Positions 1 through 17,220 of a stretch of DNA of 64,000 bases are shown in pieces. Location of the stretch: positions 206,763 to 270,762 of the forward strand of contig CAJNYD010000013.1 of NCBI GenBank assembly GCA_905331295.1, read 5' to 3'. Below the pieces are notes generated by a model, which saw nothing but the letters and a program-made list of their open reading frames with translations, did no database searches and was not told the DNA's origin. Origin of the DNA: Rotaria socialis (lineage: Eukaryota). Position numbers and translations under genes: made by a program. Position 1 is the stretch's first letter, and every line of letters begins with the position of its first letter.

Positions 1-3000
1 AACAAAAGCGCATAGAGCCCATGTGGCATGATTGATGAATTTTGGCAATCAAGTAATGACCAATATAAACACATCATTAGTCATTTTTCAGAACATTTTA
101 TATAATATTGCATTTCAGATAACAAGAAATAATTAAAATGGATAAAATCCTTATCGGTTTTTTGATTTTCTACTATTCAAAAACAAATTGCAAATAAAGG
201 ATTGAACTTTCTTTTTTTAATTACATTCTACTCGAGAATCATTTCAATTAATATAAACGATTCATAGTACAACATCATGCGGTATGTATTGCAAACAATA
301 ATAGTTGTACAACTATCCTGCATACGATTAATTGATATGTCATTCACTCATGTACATATGAATGTCGATATGTGACTGTTATGTGATATTGTCTCATGCT
401 CAAAAACACTAATGGCACATTGATGTCAATCAACAGCTAATAAATGTCGAAAAATTAAGCGGGCTTCATAGTTCTTAAATAGCTTATAAGGAACAGCATA
501 TAACAGAGAAAAAGATCTTTAGAACGCAACATATTATACACGATAACATTGATCTAAGGAATGTTTACTATAAAAATCTTTTGTCTATTTTTATTTTATT
601 AGCTTAATTTATTTCTATGCCAAAACAATCTAGTAATCTTATGTATGATGATTTACATTATGTAATTCTTTTAATCCAAAATAAATACGTCTCGACGTAA
701 ATAGACGATTTTGTAAACTGAAAAACAGATTACTAAAGTATTATCACACTTTTGATAGAAAGCAGTACCTTCACACTGAATCAAATCCATTTAGCTAGAA
801 GAAAAAAAGTATATTTTATCAACGAACAGAATAATTTTCTCGTAAAATAGAAATCCCAATGTGTTCGTATTTTCTATCATTAAAAGTGAATCAACTCATA
901 ATCTCATTTCTAATGATACTTGAATGGTTTTCGAAGGATAAGTCAAATTATCTGACTTTATTACCGTACAGAAAGTAGTAAAAAGTAGTAAGTGACCTGT
1001 TGAAATATCAATTTGTTGATGGCATGCATCATAAAAATGAAGAGGAAAAAACGGCACATTAACACCTTATAGGATTTCTATAATGTATAATGAAAATATA
1101 AATCTTATTTAATAAAAAAAAGAAATCCTATAGGAAATCAATCCTCACACCAATGAAAGTTCTATACGGCTTCCAATTTTGACAATCATTGAAATAGAAT
1201 CGACTATCATGCAAGATAGCCCGTGAAATGAAACTGATCTATTTGAAAAATTGTTGTTCAGTAGCGTGTATAAATTACCCAACCAATTAAAAAATCGTGC
1301 TACTGAATATTGCAAATATTGAACAAGAAATAGTTAATGATAATCAATACGATTAATAATTTATATGAGAATGCCGATGCTCTTTATAGAATGGCTGTCA
1401 ACAGTATTCATCTAGATTTAAGTCCAATTATTCTCCGTTGTTGTATAACATAAACATGTCAGAAATTCTAACTTGTAGCTAAACGATTCTCATTGTTCTT
1501 TTCTTTTTGAAATAAAACAAAGAATATATTTAGTTTTTCTAGTTGATCTACTTTTTCTCCAGAACAGGTCAATTTCTGCCCATGAACGACTAGTTTTGTA
1601 ATTTCCCTTACATGTCAAAGCTATTTCATTGACATCAATCGTGTAAAACACTGTCATGAAAATTCATGTTTAAAAGACATTTACGTGCTTGATCGGAAAG
1701 ACACAGATTCGAAATGAGATGAAAATAAAAGGATTTGAAATCTTGTGCAAACAAAGTAGCTCACATAGAACAAGTCAAACTATTCGCATTACTCTATCTA
1801 ACAATATATAAATAAAAGAGAAAAAAGAAACTCGGGCTCATTTTTCTCTACCTGGCAAACAGCGTAATTAATAATTCTAGTAGAAGAAAGAAAATATTAC
1901 TGTAGCAGAGTTAATATCTGCTGAATATTAAAAATAAAAGGCTTCCTGTATTTAAAACGTAGAACGATCAGTCGCTTAAATCGCATAGAACGATTGAGAG
2001 AGTCAATTTCTAGCAAATCAAATATTATCGTCAGATCTGCGAGCCTGTTTTTCTTGACAGATAGTAATAGAATGGAAAATTCTCAGCCAGTCTATCATTA
2101 GTACATAGAAAATAAACAACTGTATAGTATTCCATTAGAATTAATCTTCAGTAAAATGCACCAATGATAACTTACGACCGACTTATCCCGCAGCTACAAT
2201 TTCTTTCTTCGTACCATTCAATCAAAATATAAGGATACCTATGACAAAAAGCTACTTATCAAGTTGTCAGATGACCTTGCCTCGATAAAACGTCATGGTA
2301 TTACTATTCCGATATAATAGATATTGCTATTGTGCAAGAAAAAAGCAATTCGAAAAGTGGTTTTTAGAAAGAAACCAATCCTAATCCTTAGAGATGTGAA
2401 ATATGTATATTGTTTTGAAATATTGTCCCACAATGCAATATTGTTGATGTCAATGTCGACAAATAGAAAAAAAGAACGACTCTAACAATTACACTTAGTT
2501 ACTTTTTAAAGATTTTCGTATGAAAAAATACTTTTCGTACATTTTTCTGATACAAACAGTTTCTACTTGCATAACTGTAATACACGAGCCAACATCTGCG
2601 GTAAATTTATTGAAATAATTTTTCGACTCATAGTATGAGCATATTTTAAACTGAAAGTAGTCGGCAATAATAAAAAAAAACCTTACTAGCTTACTGTTCT
2701 TTTTATAGAATAAATTTCGTGCATAATCGAATCACTGAAACGTTATAAATGTCCTTGCAGATCTACTCGAAACAAGTATTTAATTCAAGTAGAAGCAGAT
2801 TTTTTTAACAATATCGATGCCTCGAATTTCGATTAGAAGAGATAGAAATTTGATTCTATCTATTGAGTTGACATTTGTTTTCAATTAAAACAAAAAGGAA
2901 AATATAGATGAAAGTATAAGCGGTGTTGACAGTTGTAAAATAAATGAACTGTAATCAAATAATTTCTAGACCATAATATTGTATCAATAATACATTAATA

Positions 3001-4990
3001 GAAATTAATCCATACTTGATATATCAAGAAGTTTACTATTAACAAATTATCGTCGTTCGTTTGAGACCTTTTCATAAACCATTGCAGTACGTATGCATGT
3101 ACGTTAAACTTACCTAACTAATTTCATTGCAAAACACAAAGCTATTTAATAGACTTTTGAACGTTCATAAAATATTAAAATTAGCTTTCACTTACCTTTA
3201 TGATTTCCATGCAATTATAGTATGCAAGCAGTGTTTTAAAAGTAACTATGTTGATAGAGAAGCCGCGTGTTATGACTGAGAGTCCTTAATAGCGAAGAAG
3301 AAAATGAGCACGTAAAAGTAATATCGTGTGAATTTGACCTTCATGTAGAAAAATGCTGAGCTTACGAATCAAATGAGAAATAATGTTTTCTGAACTCATT
3401 GTTCTGATTGCAATAAATATATATTACTCTTATACCTGGAGAATTTCCTTGTTTTCTTCTTATTTCAGCCTATTTCAGGCAAGGTCAAACAGGCTTAACC
3501 ATTCCCACCAAATGTTGTTGATGAATCTTTGATTCTTTTATCTCATCGTTCTTACATTTGACATAAAATAAAGAAACATATGAACACATGATTTATTAAA
3601 CATCTGGCCATTCTCACACATTCTTAAGGCTATAGGAAACGCCATTTGAATGTAGTGCTATAAGAGTACAGATTAATATATATTGGTTCCTACGTAAGCG
3701 ATCTCACGAGATTCATTATGCAAGAAAAATAATAATAAAACGAATAAAACTTGCATTGACTAGTCGAGAATATCCACCGATAGAAAAATACTACTACGTG
3801 ACCCAACGAAACATTGATGCATTCATCGATAATCTCATGCTAAAAAAAGCCTCCGAGCAGTTCGTTGAAAGAAAAACTAAATTATGTAAAAAATACGTAA
3901 CTAGTTGACGATTACCTTTAAAAAAAAACAGCAATGAAACAAAACTTATGTTTATGTTTTATCAGAACTTAAAAAGAAGATATACATATTCTATGAATAA
4001 AATATTTTTCCAATTTTCTTACTGTTATATATAGACCTCTATCTAAACGAAGTTTCTTAATAAAATTTGTTTTTGTTATTTGTCGATAATCGCAACCAAC
4101 TGTCGTTGGCCTTATCATTATAAGGTCATTAGAAACACATTAGATTAAAATTTTCGAAAATATTAAAATTTTTGTTTTAGAGACAATTTTTTTATTGGCA
4201 TAAATCGATTGAAAATTAAACGTAGACACATATCGATGCACAACTTTGATAGACGATGACTCATTTGCTTCATTCTTTCTTTTCTTTTTTTGCATTTATT
4301 TGCTGTGTTGTTAGTGATGTTGTCTTCGTCCTCCTACACGTAATGCCACGTCGTACTGTATTTTTGAGTATCTTACGTTTTTTTTAGTTCGTATGAACAT
4401 TTCTTTTTTTTTTTATTCTACTAATCAAAGATGTCAATATGTAACTAAAACCAATCGAACAGTTGTAAGGGTATCTATGATATTTATTTATTCATTCTAA
4501 GCAGAAAAAAAGAAAATAACTATTGACTCACATTAGTACTTTAGAATTTGCGTTTCTCATCTTTAGTTTTTATTCACTTCAGCGTCGTAATATTTAATAG
4601 ACAGTAGGAAAAAGGTGTTCTTTTATTATTAATCTTGTGAACGTGATTGTGTAGTTAAAAGGAAGTGGGTAAAGTCCAATAGACCAACAAGTGAGTACAA
4701 TGAATTTTACACAGTAGTAAAATTCGTTTTTGTTTTAATTGAACCATGAAAATTAGATGCTAAATTGTTCAATCGATATCTGCTAATATGCCCAATCTTT
4801 TATGTATGTCTATCATCAAGCTGATATATTTTTCTAAATAAATGTTCTATTTTCCGAAATAAGCGATTTTACAATTATCTAAAATTTTATTTTTCAATAT
4901 CGTTTAGAACTTTTTCTCTATTGTTAAATTGAATCATTTTTTTTTTATGAAATTTTTAGATTGTTATTTGTATACTAATAAATCATAAGT

Positions 4991-5823
<833 letters not shown>

Positions 5824-5863
5824 AAACATCAAGTGAAACAAAAATAGACAATAAAAGACGCTC

Positions 5864-5889
5864 ATATATATATATATATATATATATAT
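5864..5889. repeat. (AT)n microsatellite in ARF 3' UTR
   Basis: About 13 consecutive AT units visible directly. Confidence 0.9.
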
Positions 5890-6235
5890 TCCATAATTTT
5901 TTTCTTGTTCTATTAGTTCATGTGCTTGTTGTTTTACCCTAATAAAATTCAAAGATAAAACGAAAAGTTCGTCATTTTATTTCGTCACTTAACTTTTATT
6001 TATTTGTAAGTGCACATTACTAACTGCTGTTGTTGCCTTTTTTCTTGGTTTGGTTTCTTATTTATTGGGTTATACGTTTGTTTGTTTTTTTCGATTGGCA
6101 AAACTTTTTTCCCTATTCATTTGTTTTCCCTTTTGCTCGTCGTATTTCTGAAGTTAAAAAAAATAAAAAGAAGATACAAATGTATATGGCTATGAGCTTA
6201 GTATTAAAAATTTATGTTTGATTTCTATTTGAGAT

Positions 6236-7490
<1,255 letters not shown>

Positions 7491-8393
7491 GATTCTTTAA
7501 TAAGAATAAAAATGATTTTTTTTTTCGTGCAAAAATAAATTGAAAAAATCTGATCCTTTGCAATAAAAATGAATGCTTCCAATATTTTTTAAAAAGTTTT
7601 GCTAATAAATTTTAAACTTTACTAGTACTCTCGTGAGTTATGCTTTGATGTATAGGAAAGTTCGCTTCGAATATTCAAGTACAGTCTGTAGTTCCGGCTT
7701 CCACAATACCGAGTGCATAGGAGAAAAAAAGCGTATTCCACGATCAATCGATAGTTATTTTTCTTAGAAATAGATCTCTATATGGAAATATTTAATGCAA
7801 ATGTTCATATAAACTAGAAATATCATCTAAAGATCGTTCACTTTTTCTCGTCATTGTGGGCGTACGCAATAGGAAATATATGGTTAGTCATGACCCATAT
7901 CGAAAAGGTATTGTTGTTTATCGCCAGGCTAATCAGAAGAAAAGAATTCAATTTTATTATATAGTATGATAGTAGAAAGAAATAGAATTTTTTCCAACAT
8001 TTACTTGAAATCACTCAACAGGGTTTGAAGTGAAAAAAAATGATCGATCAAAATTCTTACAACGAGAATAAAACATTACTTGGTATTATGAAAAAAGTGC
8101 CATCATCCTAAATTCTTTTTCTTCTTTGTATTCATTGCATCGTAATCTCGTTCTCTTGTTGCTTGGCAACAATCCCTACAAGTACGACATCTCAGTTTAA
8201 TTTAGCAGATATCCAAAGTACGTAGAATGGAAAAAATAAACAGAGTCCTCATGCGCTATGTACTCATACTCTTGACAAAATAACAATAGTACATCTGTCA
8301 TACGCTATGACTAATCATTCTTTAGAACAAAAAAAAGAATACGTCCGATTTTGTAATGGAATAAATCAATTTTTGCTTTGACTTTCGTTTTAG

Positions 8394-11300
8394 ATGTTGT
8401 TCGAAGGTCCACTTAGTAAATGGACAAATGTCATACAAGGTTGGCAATATCGCTTTTTTGTTCTGGATCCTACTCAAGGGATGCTTATCTATTATACAGT
8501 AAAATTTTGAAAAACGAAAACGAAATTTTGTATATTTTATAAAATAATTTATTTTAGTCTAAAGAAAATATGGCCAAAGGCGAACGGCGTGGTGTAGTTT
8601 TATTAAGAGTATATCACGAAGAGATTAGCATTTTTGTTCTTTATTGAATTTGATTCTATTTTCTTAGAGAGCCTTTTTAGGTATTGACTCTGAAGATGAT
8701 AGTACGGTAATGCAGATCAAATTTAGTTATTTCGCATATTTATATTGTAATTTATTAGTTTACAATTCGATCGCATGGCAAAACATTTCATTTTCAAGGT
8801 ATGATGTATCTTGTAACATTTTATCTTATCTTAAAGTCATATAAATAAATCATATTTCTTCTTTTTTAGCTCGTGATGCCGAAGAACGACAAAAATGGAT
8901 ATCGAATTTAGAAGAGGCTATAAGTTTAAATAGTATTAATACGGTAAGTTTTATTATTATCTGATTTTTCGAAGAAAAATAATTTTCAATTTATTAGGAA
9001 AAATTATCTGTTTCAAATACGTCATTATTTGAACGTAAAATATCAGAAGCTGATGCATATTTACAATTGCTAATTGATCAAGTTAATGTAAGAAAATTAG
9101 ACATTGATTTTTCATGAAACAATTTATACGTTCATTTTTTTAGGAACTTGAACAAAAAGGTAATCAAGAAGAAGATACAAAAGAACAAGAATGTTCTCGA
9201 CGTGTTATTGCGTCGGCGAAAGTATAATAAATAGCTTTCTATTTTAAGAAATAAAATTTTACCTACTTTATTTATAGAGATTAATTGAAGCTGTGAAGTA
9301 TTCTATTGTTTCACTACAATTGGCAAAAGTACGCATAATTAATATTCTATTTTAAGATCTCTATATATATTGTCGGATGAATTTAAACTTCATTCAGAAC
9401 GGCAAAAATGACTATTGAGCCACATCAGTTTTTAGTAAGAAATTCGAAATTTGCAATCAGTAAATCGTTCACTATTTTTTTTTGCTTTTGAAATAAACAA
9501 CACGAGTTCAGAGTGTAAGATTTACATCAAAAGAATTTAACTTCAACGAAAAATGAATATAATATTCGCCTTATCGCTCATATTGTCAAATGCTACGACC
9601 TTTCTTTCGTTTTAAATGGCAAGATGTGACGAAAAAAGATTTTTCTATTAAGAACGAATATGACGTTCATTTCTTTCGAATATAAAACTTCGATTTTCAA
9701 TACGATATTACAATTGTTAAAACTCGCGCGAAAATTTCCTCTTTTGATCGATTGGATACTTAAAATTCATGAAAGAACCGGATAAATATTGAGACATTCG
9801 CATTGTTTTAGGCTTTTATGTAATCTAATATTCGCTACAGAAACATTGATTAACTAAGTGAGTATAGCATTCGGCAAGGTTTAGTCAACCATGAAGAAAA
9901 CAAAATTTATATCGAATGTTACATTGCTAGTAATTTATGATAACACGTGATAGAAGAAAAAAGGAACGAATGTGAATGTTAGTTATATAAGTATGTCAAG
10001 TTTATCAAATTAGTTGCCCTAATCTAATTTATCCTATTTTCATTTCCTGAAGAACATTGCAATAGATTGTCTCCTGACAAGCATTGTCTTGACAGATTGC
10101 ACAACAAAACATAACTGAAAAAAGCCACTCGGCATCGGTCGATGAGCATGAGCTCTAAATTCATGTTGTTACTACTATATGCTGATTTTATTGCTAAAGA
10201 AAGCAGTTTTGATATAGCGAATTTTTAAAACATTATTAGACTGTAATAAATACTTGATAGAACTTAAATATTTGTATGCATCAAAATAGGAAAACTGAAT
10301 CGGATTTCTGATTAAATAGAATTGGTTGAATGTAATCTGGATTTGTTTTTCTATCATAATGCTCTATGAAACTAAAGATAAAGAAAAAGAATATTTCGAT
10401 GTGTTGTGCATAGGTTCACATGGATCCACATAGTGATGTTACAGCAGCTGTTGATTATCAAGCTGTATTATCACATATGAATATTCATAAAGGTAGAAAA
10501 TTTTATTTTTATTTAATTTAATGTGCGATCGGTTTTGTTTTTTGTTATCAGATAAAATACTTCATCATAATGAAGCATCGGCCAATTTTATTCAGTCGAG
10601 TGTTAGTGGTCAATCTTTTGATCGTAATGATCCAGATAACACTTCGATTGGATGTAATAATTAATTATAAATAATACATTGAAAAAAAAAACTCTTCTTC
10701 TTTCTCTTGATATAGCTTTAGATTTTCGTACAGCTGTTAACGCTGTTCGCAAAAACTTTCCAGTGTCATCGTATTCAAGTAGTGACGATGATGGTGATTT
10801 TTATGATGCTGGTGAAACCATGGAGTAAGTGATGATTATCATCATTTGAGAAATGTATTCTAATTTTTCCATAAAATCTTCAAAATCTATTTTCTATAGA
10901 AATTGCCTAAATTAGTGCAGTGTCCATTACTAAAACATTTGCTATCAACAACACAGCAGTGTCAAACTTGAAACTTGAATTCAGTTGAAAATAGAAAATT
11001 TCAACTTTCAACTCATAGCGATATCTGTGTGTCACGATTCTTCAGAATGCTATTGGTTTAAAAGTTGAAATTTTTCAACTGAATTCAAGTTTCACGTTTG
11101 GCACATGTGCACCAACAAAAAGCCCTACAGCTAACTATCTTATTGTAAAGAGAAATATTTTTCCTTTCGTTCGCTAAGATTCATCTGAACTTGATTTATA
11201 GCTCTGGGGCAAAACGACTCATCACTCGTAAAGCATAAGTTTTAGGGAAAATGTTACGGTCATAGCGGGAGAAAGAAAACGAAACTCTGTATAGTTTTTA

Positions 11301-14211
11301 AAAAGACTGCAAAACGAATAAATATTTTGTCAAATATAATCGTAAATAATATTGTAATAAACGTTCGAAGACTGATATTGCTGAATTTAATTTATTATGG
11401 CCAGAGAATAATAAGCGAGCGCATTATTCATGTTTACCAATTTTTAAAAGGAAAATATTAAATTTTTCAGCGTTTCTTTTTTTCCTTCACGCATAAGAAG
11501 TATAAACTTCCGAAAAAAAATAACACACTAGACGTCTTTTGTTGAAGTGCTCAACAAAAATATTTTATTGGCTAAGTTGTTTTTCAACAAGAAGCAGCAT
11601 ATTTGTATATGAAGATGGTGATTAGTTAAAATTCAAAACAGAAAAGGATGCGCGGCGCGCTTATTAGAGAACAGCTCATCATTCTTTCTTTTTCTTACGA
11701 TTTTTAAATGACATTAAAATCAGCCGCCACATGCAAAAAAAAAGAACCTGAGTTCATAAGTAAATACAATGACAAAGTATAATTGGGGTCATCGTATGCA
11801 TTCTACACACGATATTCACTGTTGCTGATTAGTTTTTACTTTGCAATTATTTGCTATTAGAATTTGATTGACTGAGTTGTTTTATTTATTTAGGATATCA
11901 CCTTCAGCGACAGCAATCATTGTCGAACAGACAGAGTCAACAGACAGAAGCAACAATGATGTTTTATCAAAAACAAATGACAAATCATCAAAAATAAAAA
12001 TGAATGAAAATCAGTCAGATGGAACGAAGTAATATAAACATTCTACTTACTTTATTTCATTGCTAAGGTGCTGAAAATTTCACGTAGTCGTTTGAATAAT
12101 TCACAAATTCCATTTGAAATTTATGAAGCTGCTTATGAAGAAGAACCAGAAGAAGAACGTAAATCATCACACTATTTGAATAAGACATAAAATAAAAACA
12201 TTTCTATTTTTAGTTGCGCCCATCGACGGTACTATTATTTCCCATTTAATTTCTCAGGTAAAAATGCTACGAATATAAATTTCCGTCAGAATTAATAGAG
12301 TCTCGTATCAATAAGGAGATCGAATATTGTTACTTTCAAAATCAGACTTACGTTACGAAATAAAAATCTCGAAAGGCAATGTTTAAGAGGCTTTTTCCGA
12401 GAGCGAAGATATTTTAACTACAGCTAATGTGAATTGTACGCAGTAACTATTTTTGGTGTCCTTTGTGCAAGTAAAAAAAGCGATTTTTGCAAATAACATG
12501 TTTTTTTTTGTATACACGTATCAAATAATGTAGTCAATCAGTCATGACGACGTGTACTTCTATCGAAAATACTAGTGAGTTCAGGTTTTGGTATCCAAAA
12601 AAGATAATTATAAATTGTTAAGTTATTAATATAGTATCAATGATAATGTTTGATTTTCGCAGGCCCGTATTTCAATGGATTTAACTAAAATAACATTACC
12701 AACATTTATACTTGAACGACGTTCGTTTCTTGAAATGCTTGCTGATTTTCTTGCTCATCCGGATCAATTTGTAAAGTAAGTTTTGAAAAACTTAATTAAA
12801 GAAATTGTATTTTGAATTTGAATTTAGTGTGACGGATCATCAAACACCACGCGATCGTTTTATTCAAGTTGTTAAATGGTATCTATCTGCGTTTCATGCT
12901 GGTCGTAAAAGTGCTGTGCCAAAAAAACCATATAATCCAATACTCGGTGAAACATTTCAGTGTTGTTATGATATTGGTACATCGCCATCGTCTAGTGTTA
13001 GTAGCAATCGAATATTTCGAATTTTCTGGTTAAAAATTTCTTTTTCTTTTGTTGCAGAACACCTTAGCGAAAGACGGTCCTGTGCCATGGTCATCCGATG
13101 GCAATGTAACTTTTATTGCTGAACAAACGTCTCATCATCCTCCAAGTAATAGAAGAGCTCGAAATAAGGATCAATATTTATTTATGTTTTTTTCTCTAGT
13201 TGCCTCATTTTATGCTGAATGTCCTGCAAAACATATACAAATTGATGGATGTCTTTGGACAAAATCAAAATTTTTAGGCTTATCAGTGGCTGTACATATG
13301 ATTGGTGATGCTACATTAACATTATTGGATCATGATGAACATTATGTGATGACATTTCCCAGTGCATATGGACGGTATATATATATATCTATAGGAGAAA
13401 TTAATTAGTTCAGTTCGGTTTCAATAGTAGAATAGTCATCGGAAAGTAAATTGAGCTGTCATAATCTGGCTTCGGTTAAAAAACTTGCAAAAACGTTTTT
13501 TCGATCGATCATTTTGATTTATTATTTAGATCTATTCTTGGTGTTCCATGGTTTGAAATGGGTGGAAAAGTATCTATCGACTGTGAAAAAACAGGTTACT
13601 CAGCGAATATAGAATTTTTAACAAAAGTAAGTCAATACAATATTTTACACAACTTATTTTCATTGATCTATATTTTTCAAAGCCATTCTATAATGGCAAG
13701 AAACATCAAATCACTGGAACTTTATTGGGACCAGAAAAAAAAGAATTCTGTAAAATTGACGGAGAATGGAATGGCATAATGTACGCAAAATATAGCGATA
13801 CAAAAATTTCCGATATATTTTTTGATACGAAATCAACTCCAGTTATTAAGAAAAATGTTCGGCCGCTCGTTGAACAAGATGACTTCGAAAGTCGACGGTA
13901 TGAATAAAGAATTTATTTCGCTCTTCTATATTTTTGTTTTTCTTAGTTTATGGAAAGATGTAACGTTCTATTTGAAATCTAAACAATTAGATAAAGCAAC
14001 TGAGTCAAAATCATTTCTTGAACAGCGACAGCGTGAAGGAGCTAAAGAACGTGCTGACAGAACAGTTAAATGGCAAACAAAAGTAAGCAACGAATAATAG
14101 ACTTTTCTTCGATGAATTTTATTTTATTTGTTTTAGTATTTTATGGAATCGGGCGAACAAAAGTGGAGTTACGAAAAGAAATTAAATAAACGATTAAAAC
14201 AACAATCGTGA
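8394..14211 (+). CDS. OSBPL9: Oxysterol-binding protein-related protein 9-like (PH - FFAT - ORD), many exons
   Basis: PH domain [25 protein letters not shown]...[19 protein letters not shown]-like [13 protein letters not shown] at ~10771-10810; ORD motifs [32 protein letters not shown] and EQTSHHPP; stop TGA at 14209-14211. Confidence 0.93.
10959..11104. mobile_element. MITE / short foldback element in OSBPL9 intron
   Basis: ~33 bp inverted repeats gtgtcaaacttgaaacttgaattcagttgaaaa ... ttttcaactgaattcaagtttcacgtttggcac, plus an inner aaatttcaacttt/aaagttgaaattt pair. Confidence 0.7.
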
Positions 14212-14910
14212 TTCAATTGATTTTTTTAAAATTATTCAACAGCATGTGTTTCTTTTATTTTTTATTTCATGCTATAATCATGCGTTTGATTATTAATATT
14301 TCTTGATCATTTCCGATTCTATGTATACAACCGAGTGACAATGTAATTCCTCTCACTCTGTCAGATTGGGCTTAATATTATTTCGTGTTTCATGAAAAGA
14401 AACGAGGGAGAACAATACTATTTTATTCGTTTCGGTGCTAATTTCATAAATCTATAGTTGTTCCATTGTTGTTTTTCTCTGTTTTGTTGTTGATGATTAT
14501 CAAATTCTTATTTATATTCCTTTAATCTAATCATTGTGTATATATACGTAATTTAGATGCAGACACAATAAGAGATGCCCTACAGTACTAATTATTTTTA
14601 ATATTTGTACCAAATTGAAAAAAAAAAGAAATGACAAGTCAAAATTAGACTTTTTAATCTTGCTGTAATAGTAACTCTATCGTGCGCACAACTTTCATCT
14701 AATCATTTAATTAAAGTTTCGGGAGCGCGTTCACAGGTAGAATTCAATAATATAAAGAGTATATTAATTACTGGCTTCATCCATCGTTGATCTTCGGATG
14801 GTTATAAGAGAGTAATTTAATGTGACATATATTACAGTAAACTATATGTAAGTTGTTCTTGAAACAGGTCTTGTTTGAACTTTTCTGGCTTCACTAAAAT
14901 AGAACGTCCT

Positions 14911-15679
14911 GATAACGGTATGTATCAAAATGAGCGAACGATAAAAAAGCGAAAGAAAAAAATGTCGAACTGAAAATTCCGAATGGAAAAAATAGCGAAA
15001 AAATTTATTTTAATATTTTTAGACTGCTAAGATGAAGATTTTATATTGTCTGATAAAATTTTAAGTACATCAAAAAATGAAATGAATCAAGCATAATTAG
15101 TTATAAAATTTTGTTTGGCTATGATGAGTGAGAAGCCATCTAATCATTGAGCAGCATCTATTTCAAAAAAACTTTCTGTATATTCGTATATGTATATACA
15201 TATTGTATTCATTTCTTTCGCAAATCCAATATTTTTTAATACTATTTCATCTTTTATTCGATATATAAAATCGTTTAAAATTAGCAGAGGATTGCCTGTA
15301 TTAGAGATAGAAAAAGATACGCTGCTTGTATTCGATGTCATCGAAATTTATACTAAATTACCAACAAGTGATATGCAATGGAAAAAAAATAAGGTATGGC
15401 GTATCTTTATTTCGTTATATCTTTTGTGTCCTTTGTGTTCATTCCGTTAGCTAGATTGAACGATGATACTATTGACGGAAAACGCTAGCCAGTGAAAATA
15501 GATAACACAAGAAAATGGAGGAATCAAATATCACTAACTGAATTTTAAAACTCAAAACAAAAAAATTCATGGAAAAATATACTTTTTGCTATGCTCATAC
15601 GATCGACATTTTATTTTTCGCTATTATTGTGTTCGACATTTTTTCTTTAATGCCATTTCTGATAACGCGCATTGTTACG
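14911..15679 (-). mobile_element. Degenerate Mutator-like (MULE) element with FLYWCH-like ORF remnant
   Basis: Inverted repeats aaagaaaaaaatgtcgaac (14952-14970) / gttcgacattttttcttt (15631-15648) and aatagcgaaaaa / tttttcgctatt. The internal minus ORF 15144-15341 begins SVSFSISNTGNPLLILNDFIYR, resembling the start of a FLYWCH zinc finger, then loses frame. Ends are approximate. Confidence 0.55.
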
Positions 15680-17220
15680 CAACGATTTCTTGCATTTGAG
15701 AAGCAAAGTTAAAAATTTGTTTTTTTCCTATTGAAGAAAAACAAAATTTTAATTTGTGTCTTTAACTAAGGAAGTAAATTTGACGGTAATGAGAAGTCTT
15801 GTGAAGTTCATTGTTGTTCACGCTAACACATTTAATGACTCTCTCTTTTTTTAGACTGCATTAAAAAAACTTAGTTTTAACACGCTCGAAAACAAAAGAT
15901 TAGAGAATCTGCCAATGTTAAACTGTGCTCAACCGTTTTAGGTAGCTCTTTTTTTTCACAAACGGCATAGGCGTGGGCAAAACGCGATGGGAGATAATAT
16001 GGCTATTTTATTTTCACTATTGTTCAAAACCAATGACAACTTATTACAATTAAATACATCATTTGATGGAATATATCGTAGATTTTCTTTTTCTAGGATT
16101 ATCTAAATAAGTCATCAATGGCATGCTATTTCCATTTTCTAATCACATAAAATCGGACTAAACTTCATTATTTATATTTATATACTTATAGCATTGTTAT
16201 CTGACTTAAATTTTTCGCAACATTACGAACAGATAATTATAAATTGAAGTTTTGTTTTTGACACAAGATAAATTTGTGTGGATAAAATGTGCAAACGATG
16301 TAGAAAAAAAAATTTCTTTTTCTTTTTCAAAGAAACTTTGATCCAGAACATGACTATGCTTGAATGAGAGCAATCGGTGCATTAAAAAAAGTCTGAGTCA
16401 AGGCATTGACATTATATAAATAATCAATTTTAATATTATATTCCAAAGAATAGAATGCCTTACTAGGTAAAGAAAACGAACTAGATAATTCTACTGTAAA
16501 CAAATGATAAACATAAATTTCATTGCCCTATTTCTACAATGAAGATAAAAAAGAATAACAAAGCAATAAATTCAAAATAATAAAACAACATTTCTATCTA
16601 TATTGTATGTGTGTGTGTACACTAATCTGCATAGTCTCTTGCATCTTGTTACGTTTTCTTTTGTAATAAATGATGTATATTTAAATAAATACAAAAGGTA
16701 ACATGCTGGATGAATAACAAATCAGCCATTAGCAACATCAAATGGAGTAATTCGAAGTCATAGAAACATAGTTTATGAAGAAGAAAAGAACATGTATGAT
16801 GTTTTTCATTTGTTAAAAATAAAACATGCAATGCAATAACAATAATAACAGAACGTCAACTTAAAAAAAGAGAAAAAAAAACGAACGGCAAGCTCCAAAT
16901 CGTGTCCGATTTTTTAAAGCAAAATGAAAGTTCTCGCTCTCATTTTTTTTCTCCTTCTCTTCTCGACGCCATTATAAACATTAGATTGGAAGAATAGCAA
17001 CCGTAATCTGACTCCAAACATCATCCGCTGTATCCACCTATCTGCTCTGCTTAATTAATCCATCTTTTCCCTCTTCTTCTCGTTCTATTTTTTTTCTTTT
17101 CTTCGCGCAGACTAATATTTGCATGGAGAAAAGAGAGACTTGACGGATTGACTCTTTTATCATCTAATCTTACATACTACAACTTCTTATTGTCTTTTAC
17201 ATCCAACTTATTAGTGAACA

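Noticed and set aside
1..4900. Long ORF-free region with a small inverted repeat (tataggatttct/agaaatcctata, ~1068-1132) and possible UTR exons
   Set aside because: No supportable gene or element; a 12-bp inverted repeat is weak evidence in AT-rich DNA
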